Shown one piece after another: positions 10,226 through 18,840 of a stretch of DNA of 64,000 nt. The DNA is from Spirochaetia bacterium (GTDB lineage Bacteria > Spirochaetota > Spirochaetia > CADAEX01). Each line of letters opens with the position of its first letter. Position 1 is the first letter of the stretch. The position numbers were made by a program, and so were the translations under genes. The notes under the pieces are model-generated. The model saw only the letters and a list, made by a program, of their open reading frames with translations. It did not search any database and was not told the origin of the DNA. The stretch lies in contig JAZURI010000011.1 of assembly GCA_045606105.1 (NCBI GenBank), positions 1 through 64,000 on the forward strand. Reading direction: 5' to 3'.

Positions 10226-10372
10226 ATGAGTATTCTTGATATGACCATCCTTTTCGTGGTGGGTTTTGCCGTTGCTTTTGTTCTCAGAAGGCTTTCCAAC
10301 AAAAAAAACAGCTGCAAGGGCAGCTGTTCCGATTGTTCCTCTTCATGCAGCAGCAGGAAGAAAAAGAAATAA
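10226..10372 (+). CDS. FeoB-associated Cys-rich membrane peptide (48 aa; not in supplied ORF track)
   Basis: MSILDMTILFVVGFAVAFVLRRLSNKKNSCKGSCSDCSSSCSSRKKKK; SD GAGG upstream; one TM helix plus CxxxCxxCxxxC directly after feoB. Confidence 0.85.
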   Translation: MSILDMTILFVVGFAVAFVLRRLSNKKNSCKGSCSDCSSSCSSRKKKK

Positions 10373-10374
10373 TA

Positions 10375-10824
10375 TTACTGAGCAGAAAAAATCTTTACGA
10401 TATCTGCAGAAGTCTCTGAATTGAGAAGAAGCTTACAGAAGCTGCTTGACCTTGTAAGACGGGCAATTTCTGACAAGGCTTCGATATGAGGACCTGCCTG
10501 ACTAGGCGGAGCCACAAGCAAGAAAAAGAGCTTTGAAGGTTCGCCGTCCAAAGAATCGAATTCAATTCCCTGAGGAGCAATTCCGATAGCTAATACAAGA
10601 GATGTTACCTTGTGTGTCTTTGCATGAGGAACTGCAATTCCTTTCTCCAGACCTGTACTGCCCATATTTTCCCTGAGCATTACTGCCCTGAATACACTTT
10701 CCGCATCCTCAATCTTGCCGGCTTTCTTAAGCACATCAACAAGCTCCTTGATAACATCTGCCTTTGAAGATGCCTCAAGCGGAATTTTAATAATATCCTC
10801 TTCAATCAAATTAATTACTGCCAT
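10375..10824 (-). CDS. PTS IIA domain protein (fructose/mannitol/Ntr-type EIIA)
   Basis: RE..GSTGLEKGIAVPHAK phospho-His motif; GIEFDSLDGEP; HIEALS. Confidence 0.92.
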   Translation of the reverse strand: MAVINLIEEDIIKIPLEASSKADVIKELVDVLKKAGKIEDAESVFRAVMLRENMGSTGLEKGIAVPHAKTHKVTSLVLAIGIAPQGIEFDSLDGEPSKLFFLLVAPPSQAGPHIEALSEIARLTRSSSFCKLLLNSETSADIVKIFSAQ

Positions 10825-10878
10825 ACTTTCTCCTGCGAATATAATATCAGAACTGCCAGATTTTTACAAATATTTTTT

Positions 10879-11469
10879 TTACTTTCTCTTCTTTTCAATG
10901 TTATATGTGAAAGTGAATTCGTCTGCAATGCTTCCGCCGGAATAAAGAAGCGGCAGCTGAAGAGTACATTCTCCCCTTTCCCTGAAGTTATTGATGAAAA
11001 GAACATATTTCTTTACTGTTTCTCCGGGACCGATTGTAAGAACAACCGGATATGTAACCTTCTTCATCAGCCTTTCCTGTCTGAAGCGCTCGGTACCTGT
11101 TGTTTCACCGTCATTCTCGATCTTGTCCTTCATGTCCAATTCTCCTGCCGGACGGGATGACTTCTCACCGAAAAAAAGATCTACTTCCCTGGCATCATAT
11201 TTGATTGACATTTTTGTTTCATTCTTGATTTCAACATCAAAAACCATGCAGTAGAGAGGTGTAAGGGCAAAACGCTTTGCTGTGAAAGGGTTGTTTACAG
11301 TACCGTATTTTTCCTCCATGTCTCCCTCATCGAGAAACTCACAGGAAACCGTGATTCCGTCTTTTGACTGAACCTGCTTTGTGTTATCTTCTGCCATATG
11401 GTATCTCTTGGAAGTGAGACATCCTGAAAATGTAATACACAATACTAAAAGAACTAAAATTTTTCTCAT
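10879..11469 (-). CDS. Hypothetical lipoprotein
   Basis: Signal peptide with FSGC lipobox; no recognised domain. Confidence 0.7.
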   Translation of the reverse strand: MRKILVLLVLCITFSGCLTSKRYHMAEDNTKQVQSKDGITVSCEFLDEGDMEEKYGTVNNPFTAKRFALTPLYCMVFDVEIKNETKMSIKYDAREVDLFFGEKSSRPAGELDMKDKIENDGETTGTERFRQERLMKKVTYPVVLTIGPGETVKKYVLFINNFRERGECTLQLPLLYSGGSIADEFTFTYNIEKKRK

Positions 11470-11475
11470 GCAGAT

Positions 11476-11504
11476 ATTTTAATATCATTATATATTTTTG
11501 TAAA
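11476..11504 (-). promoter_or_regulatory. Promoter positioned for a leaderless transcript of the lipoprotein gene
   Basis: TTTACA (11504-11499)-17 nt-TAAAAT (11481-11476)-6 nt-ATG (11469); no SD. Confidence 0.6.
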
Positions 11505-11576
11505 GTTAAAAATCATTTTGAAGCAAAAATTAGTAATTTTCCTTTGTTTACATACAAAAACAAACGGAGGAAAAAT

Positions 11577-11960
11577 ATGACGAACAATCTCAATTCCATC
11601 ATTATTGAAGGAAACCTTACAAAGGACGGGGAATTTGATTCCACACAGAAAGGGACTGAATACTGTGTCTTCTCGGTGGCAGTGAACCGCTTCTACAAGT
11701 CGGGAGAAGAAATTATCCATGAAGTATCCTATTTTGATGCGGAAGCCTGGGGCAAGCTCTGCGAAAACTCAAGGAATATCCTGGTGAAGGGAGCATTGGT
11801 CAGGATCGTGGGCAGACTCAGACAGGACAGATGGACCGGAGAGGACGGGAAGCAGAAATCAAGGGTAAAGATCATTGCAGAGCATATCGAGGCAAAACCG
11901 GTACCGGCTCAGGAAAAAGAGACGGCAGCCGATGAAAAGACAGGGGCTGCCATAAGCTAA
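11577..11960 (+). CDS. ssb: Single-stranded DNA-binding protein (short)
   Basis: NSIIIEGNLTKD, FSVAVNR, AEAWGKL, VRIVGRLRQDRW OB-fold motifs; SD GGAGG before ATG 11577. Confidence 0.9.
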   Translation: MTNNLNSIIIEGNLTKDGEFDSTQKGTEYCVFSVAVNRFYKSGEEIIHEVSYFDAEAWGKLCENSRNILVKGALVRIVGRLRQDRWTGEDGKQKSRVKIIAEHIEAKPVPAQEKETAADEKTGAAIS

Positions 11961-11974
11961 AATAAAGGAGAGAT

Positions 11975-12001
11975 AAAAAGAATTCAGGCATACGCCTGAA
12001 T
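11975..12001 (-). terminator. Intrinsic terminator hairpin between ssb and the ABC operon
   Basis: TTCAGGC-ATAC-GCCTGAA stem; T-rich tract follows on the minus strand. Confidence 0.6.
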
Positions 12002-12010
12002 CCGGAAAAA

Positions 12011-12937
12011 TTACTTTCTGATGGTTGGATCCAGAGTGTCTCTTACCCAGTCTCCCAGCAGACACATACAGAGTGTTGTAAGGAAAATGGTTACACCAGG
12101 AATTACTGCGAGCCACCAGTTGGTCATCATATAGGCTCTTCCGAAAGCCAGGAGGCTTCCGAGACTTGTATCAGGCGGCTGGATACCCAGACCCAGGAAG
12201 CTCAGTGATGTTTCTGCCAGGATCTTCTGAGGGAAGTTGAGTGTAAGTTCAACAATCAGGATACTGGAAACATTAGGAAGGATATGCCGTGCATAGAGGC
12301 GGAACGGAGATGCACCCAGCTGCCTGATGGCAACGGCATATCCGTTGTTCTGGGCCGACAGCGCCATACCTCGCGAGAGTCGGGCATATTTGTTCCATCC
12401 TTCGATACCGAGCAGGAATACGAAGAACACCAGGTTGTTTCCGAAGAAAGCAATAACCAGAAGTGCAAGGATCATGAACGGAAGGGAATACTGGAAGTCT
12501 ACCAGCATCATGATTATCTCATCCACCCAACCCCTGAAATGCGCTGCGATGAAACCAAGGGCTGTTCCTGCAACTGCCGTGATGATTGTACCGCAGAATG
12601 CAACCAGAAGACTTGTCCTGATGGACCTGATAAGACGGCTGAGGAAATCTCTTCCCAGTGAGTCTGTACCCAGCAGGTGGGTAGTATCGTCACCGCCGAA
12701 GATTACCGGCACCGAGAGCCTGTTCCTGAGATCCTGTTCCATATAGTCCATAGGAGCAATCTTCTCCCAGAACACAGCTACGCAGAAGATAAAAAGGAGC
12801 CACAGCATACAGAGCATGATCAGCGGAGGAACCTTTCTGAAAATCTTGCGGATAAGGGTCTCCTGACCCACTACCCCTGTCAGTACCTCGTACTGAACCT
12901 TGTTTTCTTTTTTATCTGCTGTTTTTGTATCACTCAT
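12011..12937 (-). CDS. ABC transporter permease (DppC/OppC family)
   Basis: HLLGTDSLGRD, ARHILPN, ETSLSFLGLGIQPP. Confidence 0.93.
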   Translation of the reverse strand: MSDTKTADKKENKVQYEVLTGVVGQETLIRKIFRKVPPLIMLCMLWLLFIFCVAVFWEKIAPMDYMEQDLRNRLSVPVIFGGDDTTHLLGTDSLGRDFLSRLIRSIRTSLLVAFCGTIITAVAGTALGFIAAHFRGWVDEIIMMLVDFQYSLPFMILALLVIAFFGNNLVFFVFLLGIEGWNKYARLSRGMALSAQNNGYAVAIRQLGASPFRLYARHILPNVSSILIVELTLNFPQKILAETSLSFLGLGIQPPDTSLGSLLAFGRAYMMTNWWLAVIPGVTIFLTTLCMCLLGDWVRDTLDPTIRK

Positions 12938-13866
12938 TTTTTACCTCCGGAAATTCTGATACGAGGATCAAGGACTCCATACATTACGTCTACGATAAAG
13001 TTTGAAAGAACCATAAACAGACCGAGAATAATGATGATTGCCTGAACTACAGGAAGGTCTCTTACAGATACCGATGTTACGAGAAGTCTTCCGATTCCAG
13101 GCCATGCAAATACGTTTTCCACAACTACGCTTCCTCCCACCATGTGACCGATAGAGGTACCGATTACGGTGATGATCGGAATTGCGGCATTAGGAAGGGC
13201 ATGGAGATATACCATTCTGTTCCTTGATGCCCCTTTTGCCTTGGCTGTAACAATATAAGGCTTGTTGAGAACATTGAGCATTGCAGATCTTGTGTATCTT
13301 GCATAGGAGCCCATTCTTACAAGACCGATGGTTATCATAGGCATGAGAAGATGGAGCCATGTGTCACTTCCGGCACTTGGCAGCCAGTGCAGCTTCATTG
13401 AGAAGAGCAGGATAAAGAGGATACCCAGGAAGAAGTTCGGCATTGAGAATCCGAATACCGAGGCTCCCATGGTAAACCGGTCTCCGAAGGAGTTTCGGTG
13501 CAGTGCCGCGTATATACCCAACGGCAGACCGAACACAATGGAAAAGATAATTGACATACCCATGAGCCATACTGTCTTCGGAAGCCTTTCGCTTACTATA
13601 TCGAACACATCTCTTCCGTCCTTGTAGGACTGTCCGAAATCACCCTGAAGGAAGTTTACGACATATACCCTGAACTGTTCCAGCAGAGGCTTGTCAAGAC
13701 CCCACTGTTCCCTGAAATCCTGAAGGTCCTCTTCTGTTGCATCATCAGGAAGCATAGCCTGTGCAGGGTCACCGGTAATTCTGAGAACAAAGAATACAAA
13801 CACTACCAGCAGGAAGGTTGTAAGCAATGCTCTCAGGAATTTCATTAAAAAATATTTAAACTGCAT
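12934..13866 (-). CDS. ABC transporter permease (DppB/OppB family)
   Basis: GLDKPL, GDFGQSY, TAKAKG, HALPNA, VENVFAWPGIG. Confidence 0.93.
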   Translation of the reverse strand: MQFKYFLMKFLRALLTTFLLVVFVFFVLRITGDPAQAMLPDDATEEDLQDFREQWGLDKPLLEQFRVYVVNFLQGDFGQSYKDGRDVFDIVSERLPKTVWLMGMSIIFSIVFGLPLGIYAALHRNSFGDRFTMGASVFGFSMPNFFLGILFILLFSMKLHWLPSAGSDTWLHLLMPMITIGLVRMGSYARYTRSAMLNVLNKPYIVTAKAKGASRNRMVYLHALPNAAIPIITVIGTSIGHMVGGSVVVENVFAWPGIGRLLVTSVSVRDLPVVQAIIIILGLFMVLSNFIVDVMYGVLDPRIRISGGKK

Positions 13867-13877
13867 AATATTTATCC

Positions 13878-14861
13878 TTACTTATCGTTTACTAAAAAAC
13901 ATGCCACCTTGTGACCGTTTCCAACTTCCACCAGTTCCGGTTCAGCCTCAAGACATCTAGGTGTGCATTTAGGACATCTGGAAGCAAATCTGCAGCCCTT
14001 AGGAAGATCAATCGGGTTAGGAGGATCTCCGTGGAGCATGATTCTTTTCTTGCCCTCTGCAGGATTTACCGCAGGAACGGCAGAAATAAGGGCCTGAGAA
14101 TAAGGATGGAGTGTATTTGAGAAAAGCTCATCGCTTTCTGCCTCTTCAACCACCTTTCCCAGATACATTACCATGATCCTGTTGCATACATGCTTTACGA
14201 TACGGAGGTCATGGCTGATAAACATGAAAGTAAGACCCAGTTCCTTGTGGATTCTCTTGAACATGTTTACTACCTGGGCCTGGATGGAAACGTCCAGGGC
14301 AGAGATAGGCTCATCACATACAAGAAGTTCAGGTTCCACGATAAGGGCTCTGGCAAGGACGATTCTCTGTCTCTGACCGCCGCTGATCTCATGTGGATAA
14401 CGGTCATACATATGAGGCTTGAGACTCACTGCCTCCAGCAGCCTGAGAACCTTTTCCTTTCTTTCCTTTGGATCGCCGATATTGTGGATATCCAGCGGCT
14501 CCTGAATCTGTTTTCCGCAGCACATGTACGGATCGAGAGCTCCCAGTGGATCCTGGAAGATCATCTGCATGTTAAGGCGCATCTTTCTCCATTCCTTGGG
14601 AGAAAGCTTTGTTACATCGATTCCCTTGAAAAGGACTGTTCCGGCAGTAGGATGCTCCATATCGAGAACCAGCTTTGCAGTTGTGGACTTACCGCAGCCG
14701 CTTTCTCCTACAACACCGAAGAATTCACCCCTGTAGATATCGAAATTGATATTGTCAACAGCCTTGAGAAAACGCTTTTTTCCGAAGAACTTGTCAGACT
14801 TGATAGGATAATATTTAACCAGATTCCTGGCTTCCACTACTTTTTCTCTCTGCTCGCTCAT
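13878..14861 (-). CDS. ABC transporter ATP-binding protein (OppF/DppF family)
   Basis: GESGCGKST, SGGQRQR, CDEP, C-terminal oligo_HPY with Cys motif. Confidence 0.95.
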   Translation of the reverse strand: MSEQREKVVEARNLVKYYPIKSDKFFGKKRFLKAVDNINFDIYRGEFFGVVGESGCGKSTTAKLVLDMEHPTAGTVLFKGIDVTKLSPKEWRKMRLNMQMIFQDPLGALDPYMCCGKQIQEPLDIHNIGDPKERKEKVLRLLEAVSLKPHMYDRYPHEISGGQRQRIVLARALIVEPELLVCDEPISALDVSIQAQVVNMFKRIHKELGLTFMFISHDLRIVKHVCNRIMVMYLGKVVEEAESDELFSNTLHPYSQALISAVPAVNPAEGKKRIMLHGDPPNPIDLPKGCRFASRCPKCTPRCLEAEPELVEVGNGHKVACFLVNDK

Positions 14862-15832
14862 TCCTCACCTCCGAATGTTCCGTTTACCGGATGGAAACAG
14901 GCACATTTGTGGCAGCCGTTGATAACTGTAAGCTTTGGCTGTCCCTTGAGACATTCGTCTGTCCTGTACTTGCATCTTGGACTGAAGCAGCAGCCCTGAG
15001 GTCTCTTGTCAGGGGCAGGAACCGTTCCTTCGATAGGAACAAGATCGGCTTCCCGGTTATCCATTTTAGGCAACGAATTGAGAAGTCCCTCGGTATAAGG
15101 ATGGGCAGGCTTGCTGAAGATCTCGCTTACAGGCCCCTCCTCTACTACTACACCCGCATACATTACCATTACTCTCTTTACATTTTCGGCAATGACACCC
15201 AGGTCGTGGGTAACAAGGATGGTGGCCATACCCATGGATTTGTTCAGCTCCTTGAGAAGATCAAGAATCTGCGCCTGTACGGTTACATCCAGAGCTGTTG
15301 TAGGTTCGTCCGCCATAAGAAGCTTAGGTTTACATGCAAGAGCCATGGCAATCATTACTCTCTGACATAAACCGCCTGAAAGCTGATGTGGATAATATTT
15401 CAGCCTTGATTCAGGATGGGGAATTCCTACCTTTCTGAGAAGCTCAACCGCTTTCCTGTCTGCCTCTTCTTTGGTACATTTCTCGTGAAGATGAATAACC
15501 TCCGTAATCTGGTTTCCGATTTTCTTTACCGGGTTCATGTAAACAACAGGGTCCTGGAAAATCATGGTGATTTCCTTTCCTCTGATTGCCTCCATTTCTG
15601 CGGTCGGAAGCTTGAGAAGGTCTGTTCCGTCGTAATTGATTTCTCCGGTAACCTTGGAATTGCTGCCCAGAAGCCCCAGGATGGTCATGCAGGTAACGCT
15701 TTTTCCGCAGCCGCTTTCTCCTACGAGCCCCAGGGTCTCCCCTTCGGCAAGGTCAAGATCGACCCCGTGAAGAACACGGATCTGTCTGCCGTCCACTTCA
15801 AAATCAACTTTTAAATTTCTAACATGAAGCAT
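14858..15832 (-). CDS. ABC transporter ATP-binding protein (OppD/DppD family)
   Basis: GESGCGKSVT, YPHQLSGG, ADEPTTALD, HPYT. Confidence 0.95.
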   Translation of the reverse strand: MLHVRNLKVDFEVDGRQIRVLHGVDLDLAEGETLGLVGESGCGKSVTCMTILGLLGSNSKVTGEINYDGTDLLKLPTAEMEAIRGKEITMIFQDPVVYMNPVKKIGNQITEVIHLHEKCTKEEADRKAVELLRKVGIPHPESRLKYYPHQLSGGLCQRVMIAMALACKPKLLMADEPTTALDVTVQAQILDLLKELNKSMGMATILVTHDLGVIAENVKRVMVMYAGVVVEEGPVSEIFSKPAHPYTEGLLNSLPKMDNREADLVPIEGTVPAPDKRPQGCCFSPRCKYRTDECLKGQPKLTVINGCHKCACFHPVNGTFGGEE

Positions 15833-15894
15833 TTTTTCCGCCTTTACTATAATTACCGGTCCTGCCCGTGGGGACAGAACCGTAAAAATTACAA

Positions 15895-17454
15895 TTATCT
15901 GCCCTGGCAGTTTCTAGGACTGAAGTCCATGAAATAAACAGGGTATGCTTTCCAATCGATATTCTTTGCCTTTCCGTAGAAAAGAGCTGTGTTGTAAAGA
16001 AGGATTGCAGGTGGGTTTTCATCCCATTCCACCAGCATTTTCTTTACAGCTTCCTTTCTCTCTTCAGGAACGATGCTTGTTGTAAGTGTCTTTCCGTATT
16101 CGGCAAACTTTCTGGAATCCCAGTTGTAATATCTTGTTGCATCATATGATGGCTTGAAAGTTCTCCAGAAACCTCCTACAGGGTCAGGGAAAAGGGTATT
16201 GTGGATAGTATTTCTCATATCCAGTGTCCTGATTCCATCTGCATCGGTTGCATTGACCTGCTGCTGGTTTTCGCATACCTGGATTTCAACATTGATACCT
16301 ACAGCCTTCCACATTTCAACACATGCCTGTGATGTATCAACCTCACCTGCGTAGTAGTCTCTCATGATTCTGAAAACAAGAGGTCTTCCGTCATATTTTG
16401 ACTTCTTGAGCTCTGCCTTTGCCAGTTCAGGATCATATTTTGGCTTCGGATGCTCTGCAACATACATGTAACCGAAGTTAGGATACTGGATTCCGTTAGG
16501 AACATCGATAAGTCCGTTCCAGAGTGTGTCTACCAGGAGTTCCCTGTCGATGGCATAGCAGAGAGCCTTTCTGAGATGGATATCCATGTATGGCTTGTGC
16601 ATGTTCATGTAGATGGTTCTTGCTGTTGCAATTCCGCCTCCCACGATTTCCAGGTTGGAATCTGCTGTTACAGTGCTGTGGAAGTCAGGACCCACATCTG
16701 CGATGATCTGGAAATCTCCGGACTGGAGACCGGCAACTCTTGCTGCGATTTCAGGAACAACCTTGAATGTGATCTTGTCGTAAGCAGGCTTTCCTCCCCA
16801 GTATTCAGGGTTTGCCTCAAGGATAAGGTGCTCTGTATCGTTGAATTCAACAATCTTGTAAGGACCTGTTCCTATAGGCTTGAACTGCCATTTTGTAAAT
16901 TCGGTATTCTTGAAATCCTCGCCGCTGATGATGGAATAGCAAGGAAGTGAAAGAACCTGAACCATTGTAGGGTCCGGCTGTTTTGTTATGAATCTTACTG
17001 TGTAGTCATCTATTTTCTGAACTTCCTTGAAAGCTGCCCAGTTCTTGTCCCTTACACCTACTGCAGGCTTGTCTCCGAAGATTCTTTCCTGGCTGAAGGT
17101 TACGAGAACATCGTCAGCATTGAAGTCTGTTCCGTTGTGGAACTTGACCCCTTTCCTGAGCTTGACCTCAAGGGTTGTGGCATCAATCTGCTCCCAGGAC
17201 TCGGCAAGGCACGGAACCATACCGGTGTTGTTCTGATAGTCAGTAGTGATAAGAGTATCGTACATGTTCATGAAAACACGATACATTGATACAAGCACCT
17301 CCTTGCCCGGCTCCATTGTTGCCGGAAGTGCCGGTATTGCAACGGTAATCTCTTTGGGAGCTGCGGCATCGGCAGCTTTTGCTTCACCTGTTCCTGCGGC
17401 AAAAAGACTTGTCGCGACACAAAGCATGAGAATGCAGATCAAAAATCTCTTCAT
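15895..17454 (-). CDS. ABC transporter substrate-binding protein, family 5
   Basis: Signal peptide ...SLFAAGTGE; LRKGVKFHNG, PIGTGPYK, AIDRE, YDPELAK. Confidence 0.93.
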   Translation of the reverse strand: MKRFLICILMLCVATSLFAAGTGEAKAADAAAPKEITVAIPALPATMEPGKEVLVSMYRVFMNMYDTLITTDYQNNTGMVPCLAESWEQIDATTLEVKLRKGVKFHNGTDFNADDVLVTFSQERIFGDKPAVGVRDKNWAAFKEVQKIDDYTVRFITKQPDPTMVQVLSLPCYSIISGEDFKNTEFTKWQFKPIGTGPYKIVEFNDTEHLILEANPEYWGGKPAYDKITFKVVPEIAARVAGLQSGDFQIIADVGPDFHSTVTADSNLEIVGGGIATARTIYMNMHKPYMDIHLRKALCYAIDRELLVDTLWNGLIDVPNGIQYPNFGYMYVAEHPKPKYDPELAKAELKKSKYDGRPLVFRIMRDYYAGEVDTSQACVEMWKAVGINVEIQVCENQQQVNATDADGIRTLDMRNTIHNTLFPDPVGGFWRTFKPSYDATRYYNWDSRKFAEYGKTLTTSIVPEERKEAVKKMLVEWDENPPAILLYNTALFYGKAKNIDWKAYPVYFMDFSPRNCQGR

Positions 17455-17497
17455 AAATTTCCTCCGTTGTAAATTAGTGTCAAATTAATTGTAAATC

Positions 17498-17563
17498 AAA
17501 ATTACCGAGGGATAAAGCCCGTAAAATTACCTAAAAATTCTTTTTTTTACCGTAAAATTACCT
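17498..17563. repeat. Three direct repeats AAAATTACC (two extend to CCGTAAAATTACCTA) in the divergent promoter region
   Basis: Cores at 17498, 17523 and 17554; the last two copies are identical over 15 nt. Confidence 0.7.
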
Positions 17564-17630
17564 ATATTTTTTTGTCTGAGGTGTAGTTTATTATTGGATA
17601 TATAGTATATAATAAAAAGGAGAGCAGCCT

Positions 17631-18827
17631 ATGAGGACAATCAGGGAAGAATTCAACACAGCAGTAACCGACGAATGTGATGTTTTGGTAGCAGGCGGAG
17701 GCATTGCCGGAATAGCGGCAGCGCTGGCGGCAGCCAGGGCCGGAGCCAGGACTACCCTTGTGGAAAAATCTTCTATTTTAGGTGGTCTGGCCACCTCGGG
17801 ACTCATAGCCATCTATCTGCCTCTGTGCGACGGATGCGGAAGACAGGTCTCCTTCGGAATAGCCCATGAGCTTTTCATGCTTTCCATAAAGCACCTGGTG
17901 GAGAACCGTTATCCGAAGGCCTGGCTTGAAAACGGCACCCACGAGGAAAAATGTGCAAAAAGATTCGAGGTACAGTACAATGCCTCCCTTTTCGCCCTGG
18001 AGGCCGAAAAGCTTCTGCTTCAGAACGGTGTAAGGATTCTTTACGGAACCTCAATCTGCAGCGTCAGGACCGAAAATGACAGAATTTCCCATATCATTAT
18101 CGAAAACAAGAGCGGAAGAACTGCCATGGCCCTCAGAACCGTGGTTGATGTGACCGGGGACGCGGATATCGCCCGGTTTGCAGGAGCCCCTACCGAAAAT
18201 TTCAAGGCCGGAAATGTCCTTGCAGCATGGTACTACAGCATTACCGACGGCAGACTTACCCTGAATCAGCTGGGAGCAGCCGACATTCCCGATGCGGAAA
18301 AGACAGGCAATGAAAAGGAGCCGCTCATAAAACGGAGATTCGGTGGTCTCGAAGGAGACGAGCTCAGTGAGATGCTGACCCTTTCCCACGAACAGACACT
18401 GAAGCATATTGTGGCAAACAGGAAGAAGAATCCTTCAATAGTTCCCACATCACTGGCCACCATCCCGCAGATAAGGATGACAAGAAAGCTTGTGGGAGAA
18501 TATACGCTGGATGCGGCCGAGGAGCATAAGTACTTCGAGGACAGTATCGGCATGATAAGCAACTGGAAAAAGAAAGGCCCTGTATACGAGGTTCCTTTCA
18601 GAACATTATATAACAGCAGGTTCAGGAATCTGATTACGGCAGGGAGATCCATTTCCGTAACAGAACTCATGTGGGATATTTCCAGAGTTATCCCTTCCTG
18701 TGCCGTAACCGGTGAAGCAGCCGGTCTTGCAGCCGCCCTCTGGGATGATTTCTCAGCGGCAGATATCGGAGAACTGCAGGAAAGACTGAAGAAAAACGGC
18801 GTGGTGCTTCACGAAAAAGATCTTTGA
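17631..18827 (+). CDS. FAD-dependent oxidoreductase (FAD_oxidored family)
   Basis: [45 protein letters not shown]. Confidence 0.9.
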   Translation: MRTIREEFNTAVTDECDVLVAGGGIAGIAAALAAARAGARTTLVEKSSILGGLATSGLIAIYLPLCDGCGRQVSFGIAHELFMLSIKHLVENRYPKAWLENGTHEEKCAKRFEVQYNASLFALEAEKLLLQNGVRILYGTSICSVRTENDRISHIIIENKSGRTAMALRTVVDVTGDADIARFAGAPTENFKAGNVLAAWYYSITDGRLTLNQLGAADIPDAEKTGNEKEPLIKRRFGGLEGDELSEMLTLSHEQTLKHIVANRKKNPSIVPTSLATIPQIRMTRKLVGEYTLDAAEEHKYFEDSIGMISNWKKKGPVYEVPFRTLYNSRFRNLITAGRSISVTELMWDISRVIPSCAVTGEAAGLAAALWDDFSAADIGELQERLKKNGVVLHEKDL

Positions 18828-18840
18828 TCAGGAGAATTAT

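Noticed and set aside
14600-15740. Similar DNA segments in two adjacent genes (CCGCAGCCGCTTTCTCCTAC)
   Set aside because: Conserved Walker A coding sequence of paralogous ABC ATPases.
15853-15893. CCGTAAAAATTAC, similar to the 17498-17563 repeats
   Set aside because: It forms one arm of an imperfect intergenic hairpin after the SBP gene (mRNA stabiliser or attenuator); similarity may be chance.
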